Shown: piece by piece, positions 1-10,974 of the stretch
How the letters are laid out: every line of letters begins with the position of its first letter
Position numbering within the stretch: position 1 is the stretch's first letter
Source: Macrostomum hystrix
Taxonomy: Eukaryota; Animalia; Platyhelminthes
NCBI GenBank assembly: GCA_950097015.1
Contig: CATNEN010000029.1
Span: 1,674,001 to 1,738,000 of the forward strand
Length of the DNA stretch: 64,000 nucleotides
Direction: 5' to 3'
Translations under genes and position numbers: made by a program
The notes under the pieces: generated by a model
Told to the model about the DNA's origin: nothing
Seen by the model: the letters and a program-made list of their open reading frames with translations, nothing else
The model's database searches: none

Positions 1-410
1 AGTAAGAGTGGGTGAGATTGTGAGTAAGAGTGGGTGAGATTGTGTGAGAGAGTGGGTGAGATTGTGTGAGAGAGTGGGTGAGATTGTGAGAGAGTGGGTG
101 AGATTGTGAGAAAGTGGTTGAGATTGTGAGAAAGTGGTTAAGATTGTGAGAAAGTGGGTGAGTTGTGAGAAAGATTGTGAGTAAGAGTGGGTGAGATTGT
201 GAGTAAGAGTGGGTGAGATTGTGAGTAAGAGTGGGTGAGATTGTGAGTAAGAGTGGTTGAGATTGTGAGAAAGTGGGTGAGTTGCGGAGAAAGAGTGGGT
301 GAGATTGTGAGTAATAGTGGGTGAGATTGTGAGTAAGAGTGGGTGAGATTGTGAGAAAGAGTGGGTGAGATTGCGTGAGAGAGTGGGTGAGAGTGGAGAA
401 AGCAGCGAAG
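1..410. repeat. ~22-bp minisatellite (GTGAGTAAGAGTGGGTGAGATT)n, truncated by the window edge
   Basis: Tandem units with small variants are directly visible. Confidence 0.95.
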
Positions 411-718
411 GTCGTGAGAGAAGCAGGAAGAGAATGAACTGCAGACTCAGTGAGTGAATTAGGCATGTGCTGTGTGTTACTGCCCTATTTGCACGGAGTC
501 AGAAAGTGAGCTAGCTAGCCTGCCTGTAGTTAGCTGGGCCGGGCGGATGAAAATGCGGCAATCTAATTGCATTGTCGAGCTAACCCAGCGAGCACTGCAA
601 TTTCTGCTGCAATTCACTCTAATTTGAAAGTTGGTTAAAACGCTCCAATGCGCGCCAGCTTCAGGCTGTGCGATTGTCGGCGCCGAGTGGAAATAAACTA
701 TTTTCGAGAAATTATACG

Positions 719-3700
719 CTGACTGACTGACTGCCTGACTGACTGACTGCCTGACTGACTGACTGCCTGACTGACTGACTGACTGACTGACTGACTGACT
801 GACTGACTGACTGACTGACTGCCTGACTGACTGACTGACTGACTGACTGACTGACTGACTGACTGACTGACTGACTGACTGCCTGACTGACTGACTGCCT
901 GACTGACTGACTGCCTGACTGCCTGACTGACTGACTGACTGACTGACTGACTGCCTGACTGACTGACTGCCTGACTGACTGACTGACTGACTGACTGCCT
1001 GACTGACTGACTGCCTGACTGACTGACTGACTGACTGACTGACTGACTGACTGACTGCCTGACTGACTGACTGCCTGACTGCCTGACTGCCTGACTGACT
1101 GACTGACTGACTGACTGACTGACTGCCTGACTGACTGACTGCCTGACTGACTGACTGCCTGACTGACTGACTGACTGACTGACTGCCTGACTGACTGACT
1201 GCCTGACTGACTGACTGACTGACTGACTGACTGACTGACTGCCTGACTGCCTGACTGCCTGACTGCCTGACTGACTGACTGACTGACTGACTGCCTGACT
1301 GACTGACTGACTGACTGACTGACTGACTGACTGACTGCCTGACTGACTGACTGCCTGACTGACTGACTGACTGACTGACTGACTGACTGCCTGACTGACT
1401 GACTGACTGACTGACTGACTGCCTGACTGACTGACTGACTGACTGACTGACTGACTGACTGACTGACTGACTGCCTGACTGACTGACTGCCTGACTGCCT
1501 GACTGCCTGACTGCCTGACTGACTGACTGACTGACTGACTGACTGCCTGACTGACTGACTGCCTGACTGACTGACTGACTGACTGACTGCCTGACTGACT
1601 GACTGCCTGACTGACTGACTGACTGACTGACTGACTGACTGACTGACTGCCTGACTGACTGACTGCCTGACTGCCTGACTGCCTGACTGACTGACTGACT
1701 GACTGACTGACTGACTGCCTGACTGACTGACTGCCTGACTGACTGACTGCCTGACTGACTGACTGACTGACTGACTGCCTGACTGACTGACTGCCTGACT
1801 GACTGACTGACTGACTGACTGACTGACTGACTGCCTGACTGCCTGACTGCCTGACTGCCTGACTGACTGACTGACTGACTGACTGCCTGACTGACTGACT
1901 GACTGACTGACTGACTGACTGACTGACTGACTGCCTGACTGACTGACTGCCTGACTGACTGACTGACTGACTGACTGACTGACTGACTGCCTGACTGCCT
2001 GACTGCCTGACTGACTGACTGACTGACTGACTGACTGACTGACTGACTGACTGCCTGACTGACTGACTGACTGACTGACTGACTGCCTGACTGCCTGACT
2101 GACTGACTGACTGCCTGACTGACTGCCTGACTGACTGACTGCCTGACTGCCTGACTGACTGACTGACTGACTGACTGACTGCCTGACTGACTGACTGCCT
2201 GACTGACTGACTGACTGACTGACTGCCTGACTGACTGACTGCCTGACTGACTGACTGACTGACTGACTGACTGACTGACTGCCTGACTGACTGACTGCCT
2301 GACTGCCTGACTGCCTGACTGACTGACTGACTGACTGACTGACTGACTGACTGACTGACTGCCTGACTGACTGAATGACTGACTGACTGACTGACTGACT
2401 GACTGACTGACTGACTGACTGACTGACTGCCTGACTGCCTGACTGCCTGACTGCCTGACTGACTGACTGACTGACTGACTGACTGACTGACTGACTGCCT
2501 GACTGCCTGACTGCCTGACTGACTGACTGACTGACTGACTGACTGACTGCCTGACTGACTGACTGCCTGACTGACTGACTGACTGACTGCCTGACTGCCT
2601 AACTGCCTGACTGACTGACTGACTGACTGACTGACTGACTGACTGACTGCCTGACTGCCTGACTGCCTGACTGCCTGACTGACTGACTGACTGACTGACT
2701 GACTGACTGACTGCCTGACTGCCTGACTGACTGACTGACTGACTGACTGACTGCCTGACTGACTGACTGCCTGACTGACTGACTGACTGACTGACTGCCT
2801 GACTGACTGACTGCCTGACTGACTGACTGACTGACTGACTGACTGACTGACTGCCTGACTGACTGACTGCCTGACTGCCTGACTGCCTGACTGACTGACT
2901 GACTGACTGACTGACTGACTGACTGACTGCCTGACTGCCTGACTGCCTGACTGCCTGACTGACTGACTGACTGACTGACTGACTGACTGACTGACTGCCT
3001 GACTGACTGACTGACTGCCTGACTGACTGACTGACTGACTGACTGCCTGACTGACTGACTGCCTGACTGACTGACTGACTGACTGCCTGACTGCCTAACT
3101 GCCTGACTGACTGACTGACTGCCTGACTGACTGACTGACTGACTGCCTGACTGCCTGACTGCCTGACTGCCTGACTGACTGACTGACTGACTGACTGACT
3201 GACTGACTGCCTGACTGCCTGACTGACTGACTGACTGACTGACTGACTGCCTGACTGACTGACTGCCTGACTGACTGACTGACTGACTGACTGCCTGACT
3301 GACTGACTGCCTGACTGACTGACTGACTGACTGACTGACTGACTGACTGCCTGACTGACTGACTGCCTGACTGCCTGACTGCCTGACTGACTGACTGACT
3401 GACTGACTGACTGACTGACTGACTGACTGCCTGACTGACTGAATGACTGACTGACTGACTGACTGACTGACTGCCTGACTGACTGACTGACTGACTGACT
3501 GCCTGACTGCCTGACTGCCTGACTGCCTGACTGACTGACTGACTGACTGACTGACTGACTGACTGACTGCCTGACTGCCTGACTGCCTGACTGCCTGACT
3601 GACTGACTGACTGACTGACTGACTGACTGCCTGACTGACTGACTGCCTGACTGACTGACTGACTGACTGCCTGACTGCCTGACTGCCTGACTGCCTGACT

Positions 3701-5930
3701 GACTGACTGACTGACTGACTGACTGACTGACTGACTGACTGCCTGACTGACTGACTGACTGACTGACTGACTGCCTGACTGCCTGACTGACTGACTGACT
3801 GACTGACTGACTGACTGACTGACTGCCTGACTGCCTGACTGCCTGACTGCCTGACTGACTGACTGACTGACTGACTGACTGACTGCCTGACTGACTGACT
3901 GCCTGACTGACTGACTGACTGACTGCCTGACTGCCTGACTGCCTGACTGCCTGACTGTCTGACTGACTGACTGACTGACTGACTGACTGACTGACTGCCT
4001 GACTGACTGACTGACTGACTGACTGACTGCCTGACTGCCTGACTGACTGACTGACTGACTGACTGACTGCCTGACTGACTGACTGCCTGACTGACTGACT
4101 GACTGACTGACTGCCTGACTGACTGACTGCCTGACTGACTGACTGACTGACTGCCTGACTGACTGACTGACTGACTGACTGACTGACTGACTGCCTGACT
4201 GCCTGACTGCCTGACTGCCTGACTGACTGCCTGACTGACTGCCTGACTGACTGACTGACTGACTGACTGACTGACTGCCTGACTGACTGACTGCCTGACT
4301 GACTGACTGACTGACTGACTGACTGACTGACTGACTGCCTGACTGCCTGACTGCCTGACTGCCTGACTGACTGACTGACTGACTGACTGACTGACTGCCT
4401 GACTGACTGACTGCCTGACTGACTGACTGACTGACTGACTGACTGACTGCCTGACTGACTGACTGCCTGACTGACTGACTGACTGACTGACTGACTGACT
4501 GACTGACTGCCTGACTGACTGACTGACTGACTGCCTGACTGCCTGACTGCCTGACTGCCTGACTGACTGACTGACTGACTGACTGACTGACTGACTGACT
4601 GACTGCCTGACTGACTGACTGACTGACTGACTGACTGCCTGACTGCCTGACTGACTGACTGACTGACTGACTGACTGCCTGACTGACTGACTGCCTGACT
4701 GACTGACTGACTGACTGACTGCCTGACTGACTGACTGCCTGACTGACTGACTGACTGACTGACTGACTGACTGACTGCCTGACTGACTGACTGCCTGACT
4801 GCCTGACTGCCTGACTGACTGACTGACTGACTGACTGACTGACTGACTGACTGACTGCCTGACTGACTGACTGACTGACTGACTGACTGACTGACTGCCT
4901 GACTGACTGACTGCCTGACTGACTGACTGACTGACTGACTGCCTGACTGACTGACTGCCTGACTGACTGACTGACTGACTGACTGACTGACTGACTGCCT
5001 GACTGCCTGACTGCCTGACTGCCTGACTGACTGACTGACTGACTGACTGCCTGACTGACTGACTGACTGACTGACTGACTGACTGACTGACTGACTGCCT
5101 GACTGACTGACTGACTGCCTGACTGCCTGACTGACTGCCTGACTGACTGACTGACTGACTGACTGACTGACTGACTGACTGCCTGACTGCCTGACTGCCT
5201 GACTGCCTGACTGACTGACTGACTGACTGACTGACTGACTGACTGACTGCCTGACTGCCTGACTGCCTGACTGCCTGACTGACTGACTGACTGACTGACT
5301 GACTGACTGCCTGACTGACTGACTGCCTGACTGACTGACTGACTGACTGCCTGACTGCCTGACTGCCTGACTGCCTGACTGACTGACTGACTGACTGACT
5401 GACTGACTGACTGACTGACTGCCTGACTGACTGACTGACTGACTGACTGACTGCCTGACTGCCTGACTGACTGACTGACTGACTGACTGACTGCCTGACT
5501 GACTGACTGCCTGACTGACTGACTGACTGACTGACTGCCTGACTGACTGACTGCCTGACTGACTGACTGACTGACTGCCTGACTGACTGACTGACTGACT
5601 GACTGACTGACTGACTGACTGACTGACTGACTGCCTGACTGCCTGACTGACTGCCTGACTGACTGACTGACTGACTGACTGACTGACTGACTGCCTGACT
5701 GACTGACTGACTGACTGACTGACTGACTGACTGACTGACTGCCTGACTGACTGACTGACTGACTGACTGACTGCCTGACTGCCTGACTGACTGACTGACT
5801 GACTGACTGACTGCCTGACTGACTGACTGCCTGACTGACTGACTGACTGACTGCCTGACTGACTGACTGCCTGACTGACTGACTGACTGACTGACTGACT
5901 GACTGACTGACTGACTGACTGACTGTCTGA
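719..5930. repeat. 5.2-kb tetranucleotide satellite built from GACT and GCCT units
   Basis: Directly visible. The 1209-aa QSVS ORF arises because the minus strand (AGTC/AGGC) has no stop codons. Confidence 0.98.
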
Positions 5931-5945
5931 CCGGGCCCCAGATAG

Positions 5946-6020
5946 GAATGAGAGAGTGAATGAGAGAGTGAATGAGAGAGTGAATGAGCGAGTGAATGAG
6001 AGAGTGAATGAGCGAGTGAA
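5946..6020. repeat. 12-bp repeat (AATGAGAGAGTG)n
   Basis: About 6 units; similar to the reverse complement of the CTCACTCATTCT repeat at 38-42 kb. Confidence 0.9.
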
Positions 6021-6668
6021 ACTTTTTAACTAACCCCCGACAGACTGACCTAATGAAGGCCGTTCTGAAACTATTTGCAATCTTGCGGCAAATCAGAAGT
6101 TGGCCTATGTTTGCAGCCTTAAAAAAAGCTATGAGAAAAAGGCAGAACAGAGAGCAAGCGGGTCTATAGTTGGTTATTTTTGCCTCGGAACCGCAAGCGA
6201 CCGAGGCGAAGGGAGACTTGGTGAGCAAACTTTCTCCAGATTAAGATCCACTCTTTAAAACCAATGTCCCAAAAAGGCGTCAAACTGAGGCAGCCGAGGA
6301 CAAGAGAAAAAGTTGAGCAGAAGAAGTGGAGCGAGTCGCTCCCGGGAAAATGGGACTTGCTTTGGTCAGTTTGCTCCATCGCTTTGGGCCCATCCTTCAG
6401 CCCTCAGCTTGTGTGATCAGCTCGCGGCCATCAAATCAGGCTGTGAGAAATGAAAATTGCCCAGCGGTCTTTTGGGGCCCATAGACTTCTTTTGGAAAGA
6501 AGATTTTCCAGAAGCAAGTGCAGCTGCTTGAATTCTCTGTCCGGCCTATCCTGATTGGCTGGCTAGGCCGGGAACAGGGAAAGTCAATGTGATTTATTGC
6601 CCTCAAAGCAGTTGAGAATAGACTTGCGGCCGACACTTGCAGAGAAGGAGAGCACCCCAGTCTAAGCA

Positions 6669-7835
6669 ATGAGTAGCATCAACATCACGACTAACTGGAC
6701 GGCCGACAGGCCAAACGAAGATTCAAACGACGAGCACTTCCCGGGACCGGGCACCGAGTCGCGCAGCCTATCCTTCAGCATCCAGGCGCTGAATCTGCTG
6801 GCCCTGGCTTTGAACGCCGGCCTCCTGGGCATTCTGGCCCGCAAACAGTCGCGCACCGGAGCTAAGGGTCTCATCCTGCTGGCTGTGGCAGAGATCGGCA
6901 TCAACTTATCGCTGCTGCTGATGCACACGGAGGTTTGGACTCAGCACAGCCACCCGCTGCCGGTGATGGAGCATTTTAACTACAGTTTTGAAGCGTTTCA
7001 TCTGCTGCGAAACGCCTGGCTCAGCGCCATGACCATCGCCAGGGCCCTGGCGGTCAGTCGGCCGTTCAGCAGCTCCCGGCTGCTCACCAGACGCCAGCAG
7101 GCGGTGATCTTCGGCGTCGAGGCGATCGCCTGCGCAGCCTGGAGCTTGGCCGACCTGCTGGTGCTGAGAAATCTGGCTGAGCTGCGCCGAGCCCTGGCCC
7201 TGCTGCGCCACGTACTCAACACTGTGGTAGTCGGCACCATCATCGTCGTGACGAGCTCCGTGATCGTGCACCATGTGCGCCGGTCAACTAGTCTGCAGCA
7301 GCCAGCGCAGCAGCATCAGCAGCACGGGCGGCGAGACCGTCAGGCCAGCAAGATTGTGGTCACCCTGGCTGTCGGCTTCTTCCTGCTTGAACTGCCCAAC
7401 GCTACGGCAGTTTTCGTCATCATCAGCTGCATCATGATTAAAAACGACACGACTTTTATTAAAAGCATCGCCCAGGTGTTGCACATAATTTACCGAGTAA
7501 ATCACCTGCTGATTGTGCTCAACACCTGCCTGAATCCGTTTGTACTTTTGGCATTCAGCAGCGGCTTTCGTCGGCAGGCGCGCGACGCCATCGCCTGCCG
7601 GTCGACGACAGCCGGCGGCGGCAACGGGGCCGGAGCGGCGTCGGCGGCGGCGATCGCGACCACGGCGATGCGTCGGCCGGCGACAACGCGGAAGACTGCC
7701 GGAGCGGCGGCAGCGGCGGCGGCGGCGACAGTGACGTTGGCTCGGCGAAACGGCGACGAATTGTCCGACGATGACAATGACAACGACGTGCATCGGGCGA
7801 GGCCGCTGATTTCGCCAACTGACGCTGACCTGTGA
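6669..7835 (+). CDS. Intronless rhodopsin-like (class A) GPCR, orphan peptide-receptor-like, 388 aa
   Basis: Seven hydrophobic segments with class-A landmarks: TM1 LNAGLLGIL, TM2 LAVAE, TM3 MTIARALAVSRPF, TM6 FFLLELP, TM7 LNPFVLLAFSSGFR. Short N-terminus with NxT/S sites (NIT, NWT) and an Ala-rich C-tail. Confidence 0.85.
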   Translation: MSSINITTNWTADRPNEDSNDEHFPGPGTESRSLSFSIQALNLLALALNAGLLGILARKQSRTGAKGLILLAVAEIGINLSLLLMHTEVWTQHSHPLPVMEHFNYSFEAFHLLRNAWLSAMTIARALAVSRPFSSSRLLTRRQQAVIFGVEAIACAAWSLADLLVLRNLAELRRALALLRHVLNTVVVGTIIVVTSSVIVHHVRRSTSLQQPAQQHQQHGRRDRQASKIVVTLAVGFFLLELPNATAVFVIISCIMIKNDTTFIKSIAQVLHIIYRVNHLLIVLNTCLNPFVLLAFSSGFRRQARDAIACRSTTAGGGNGAGAASAAAIATTAMRRPATTRKTAGAAAAAAAATVTLARRNGDELSDDDNDNDVHRARPLISPTDADL

Positions 7836-8475
7836 CAGCTGCACCAAAACACCACCAGAACGCATTCTGTTTGTCTTTCTCCTTCTTCTGTGTCTCCCTG
7901 TCTGTATAATTAAGAGCCTGGTTGTTCAGTGTTGTTGCACAAGCTACTCAGTTAGTCTCACAGCATTTCAGAGCATTCCTGACCCGATTCGGTCTAGCTA
8001 TTCACGTCACATATTTAGTTCGCTTTTAAAAATCAAGTTCGTTTAAAACGCACTTTTCTTCAGTCTTCAGTCTAAAGCGAAACCTGTCAAATTTAGAATT
8101 TAGAACGTGTGGATTCCAGGTAAAAGTACTCGTAGCGAATACTTTATATAAGACACCTTCAGAGCTTATTATCATGTCGTTCGGGTTGCAAATGTTCGTT
8201 AATTCCAACAGAAGGTAATTTGCTATTTCTTACTATTATCTATTACGTGTTTTTGTACGTGTATTATTTTATTTCTATAGTTTTAGCTTCGCAAAACCAA
8301 AAAGCCAAGATGCACCTGTAATTCCACCGATTGTCAATTCTGGTGTTCTTGGGCCAAAACCCTGTCATGGACTACACAATCTGAATCTAAAAATAAAACA
8401 TGCACTTTAGTAAAACAAATGATGCAACGCTAATAAGTTTTTTTACTTATTCTTCTCTGTTTCAAAAAACCTTAC

Positions 8476-8765
8476 AACGCTACGTACAACAGTTCAGTCC
8501 ATGGACTGGGGAGAGTCGGCTCACCCACACCCACCCTCATTTCTATCCCCGACTAATTTGGGACGCAGCCGCGGAGAGAAGGCCTGGGGCTTGTCGTGCA
8601 ATTTACGCTCTTGAGGGCCAACCTCCAAGGCACAGTGAAATTGTACACTGCCCGACGATGAGAAAGTCAGAGCAGATGTACACACATGTGTATGCGTGTG
8701 CCTGTGTACGGTATCTGTGAGCATGTGTGCTCAATGGACAGAATTACCTCCTCGCTGGCTGCAGT
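8476..8765. mobile_element. Composite SINE remnant: CORE-SINE 3' fragment (minus, ~8476-8538) abutting a 5'-truncated SINE family A body (plus, ~8550-8765)
   Basis: 8476-8538 matches the reverse complement of ~45280-45335. 8550-8765 matches the 13915, 47711 and 53276 copies (GCCGCGGAGAGAAGGC...GTACACTGCC.GACGATGAGAAAGTCA). Confidence 0.75.
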
Positions 8766-8849
8766 CATCAAATGATGGGCCATTGCCTGCAGTCATCCGG
8801 CCTTCATAATTAATATGAATATTATTTTTTTTATTATTAAATCAGGATT

Positions 8850-10510
8850 GATCACGTGATGCAGTTAAATTTGAATTAATCACGTGATGTAGGCAAATCA
8901 GGATTTGGTCACGGGATCTAAGCTAATCAGGACTGATCACGTGATGTAGTTAAATCAGGATTGATCACGTGATGTAGGTAAATCAGGATTAATCACGTGA
9001 TGTAGGTAAATCAGGATTGATCACGTGATGTAGGTAAATCAGGATTGATCACGTGATGCAGGTAAATCAGGATTGATCACGTGATGTAGGTAAAATCAGG
9101 ATTGATCACGTGATGCAGGTAAATAAGGACTGATCACGTGATGTAGGTAAATCAGGATTGATCACGTGATGCAGGTAAATCAGGATTGATCACGTGATGT
9201 AGGTAAATCAGGATTGATCACGTGATGCAGGTAAATCAGGATTGATCACGTGATGTAGGTAAATCAGGATTGATCACGTGATGCAGGTAAATCAGGATTG
9301 ATCACGTGATGTAGGTAAATCAGGATTGATCACGTGATGCAGGTAAATCAGGACTGATCATGTGATGTAGGTAAATCAGGATTGATCACGTGATGCAGGT
9401 AAATCAGGACTGATCATGTGATGTAGGTAAATCAGGATTGATCACGTGATGCAGGTAAATCAGGATTGATCACGTGATGTAGGTAAATCAGGATTGATCA
9501 CGTGATGCAGGTAAATCAGGACTGATCATGTGATGTAGGTAAATCAGGATTGATAGCGTGATGCAGGTAAATCAGGATTGATCACGTGATGTAGGTAAAT
9601 CAGGATTGATCACGTGATGCAGGTAAATCAGGACTGATCATGTGATGTAGGTAAATCAGGATTGATCACGTGATGCAGGTAAATCAGGATTGATCACGTG
9701 ATGTAGGTAAATCAGGATTGATCACGTGATGCAGGTAAATCAGGACTGATCATGTGATGTAGGTAAATCAGGATTGATCACGTGATGCAGGTAAATCAGG
9801 ATTGATCACGTGATGTAGGTAAATCAGGATTGATCACGTGATGCAGGTAAATCAGGATTGATCACGTGATGTAGGTAAAATCAGGATTGATCACGTGATG
9901 CAGGTAAATCAGGATTGATCACGTGATGCAGGTAAATAAGGACTGATCATGTGATGCAGGTAAATAAGGACTGATCACGTGATGCAGTTAAATCAGGATT
10001 GATCACGTGATGTAGGTAAATCAGGATTAATCACGTGATGTAGGTAAATCAGGATTGATCACGTGATGTAGGTAAATCAGGATTGATCACGTGATGCAGG
10101 TAAATCAGGATTGATCACGTGATGTAGGTAAATCAGGACTGATCATGTGATGCAGGTAAATAAGGACTGATCACGTGATGTAGTTAAATCAGGATTGATC
10201 ACGTGATGTAGGTAAATCAGGATTAATCACGTGATGTAGGTAAATCAGGATTGATCACGTGATGTAGGTAAAATCAGGATTGATCACGTGATGCAGGTAA
10301 ATAAGGACTGATCACGTGATGTAGGTAAATCAGGATTGATCACGTGATGCAGGTAAATCAGGATTGATCACGTGATGTAGGTAAATCAGGATTGATCACG
10401 TGATGTAGGTAAATCAGGATTGATCACGTGATGCAGGTAAATCAGGATTGATCACGTGATGTCGGTAAATCAGGATTAATCACGTGATCTAGTTAAATCA
10501 GGATTGATAA
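8850..10510. repeat. 28-bp minisatellite (GTAAATCAGGATTGATCACGTGATGTAG)n, ~59 units
   Basis: Directly visible; TGTAG and TGCAG variants alternate over long stretches. Confidence 0.97.
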
Positions 10511-10974
10511 CGTCATACATTTATTGCTAAAAGAAATAAAAAACTGATGCCAAAGGAAATCTGTCCCATCAGGTCTCTTATCTCGATTCGTGACTTCAGA
10601 TTTTGACTTGGTAACTAAGACACACGGGAACACACAGAAGCAAGCGAACTTCGATATCCTACTGTTTATACTATCTATTTGGCCTGACAAATGTTAGAGA
10701 ATATTTCAATAGTCAATGCACGAGAATTAATGAAATTAAATCTTGGCCAAGAGAACATTGCCAGGAAATAAGAAGTGCACACTTTATAGTTTAGTAAATA
10801 TTGCTATTCATATTTTTAGCTCCTCACCAAGGCTTATGAATAACTAGGAATGCTCAAGTTTTCGTGAGCTCTCTGTCATGCGAGGGCTAACTGTCGGTGC
10901 AGATTAGAACAAGCTCAAGTCTTTAGTCAGATTGGTTTTCCTACTGGCTCGATAAAAGGAAAGAGAATGGGGGA

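Noticed and set aside
2599-6228. 1209-aa QSVS-repeat ORF
   Set aside because: It is the stop-free reverse strand of the GACT/GCCT satellite; its limits are set by chance variants and it has no domain content.
8850-10510. CRISPR-like regular array (also 35302-36490 and 36567-37335)
   Set aside because: Units are contiguous with no unique spacers, there are no cas genes and the context is eukaryotic.
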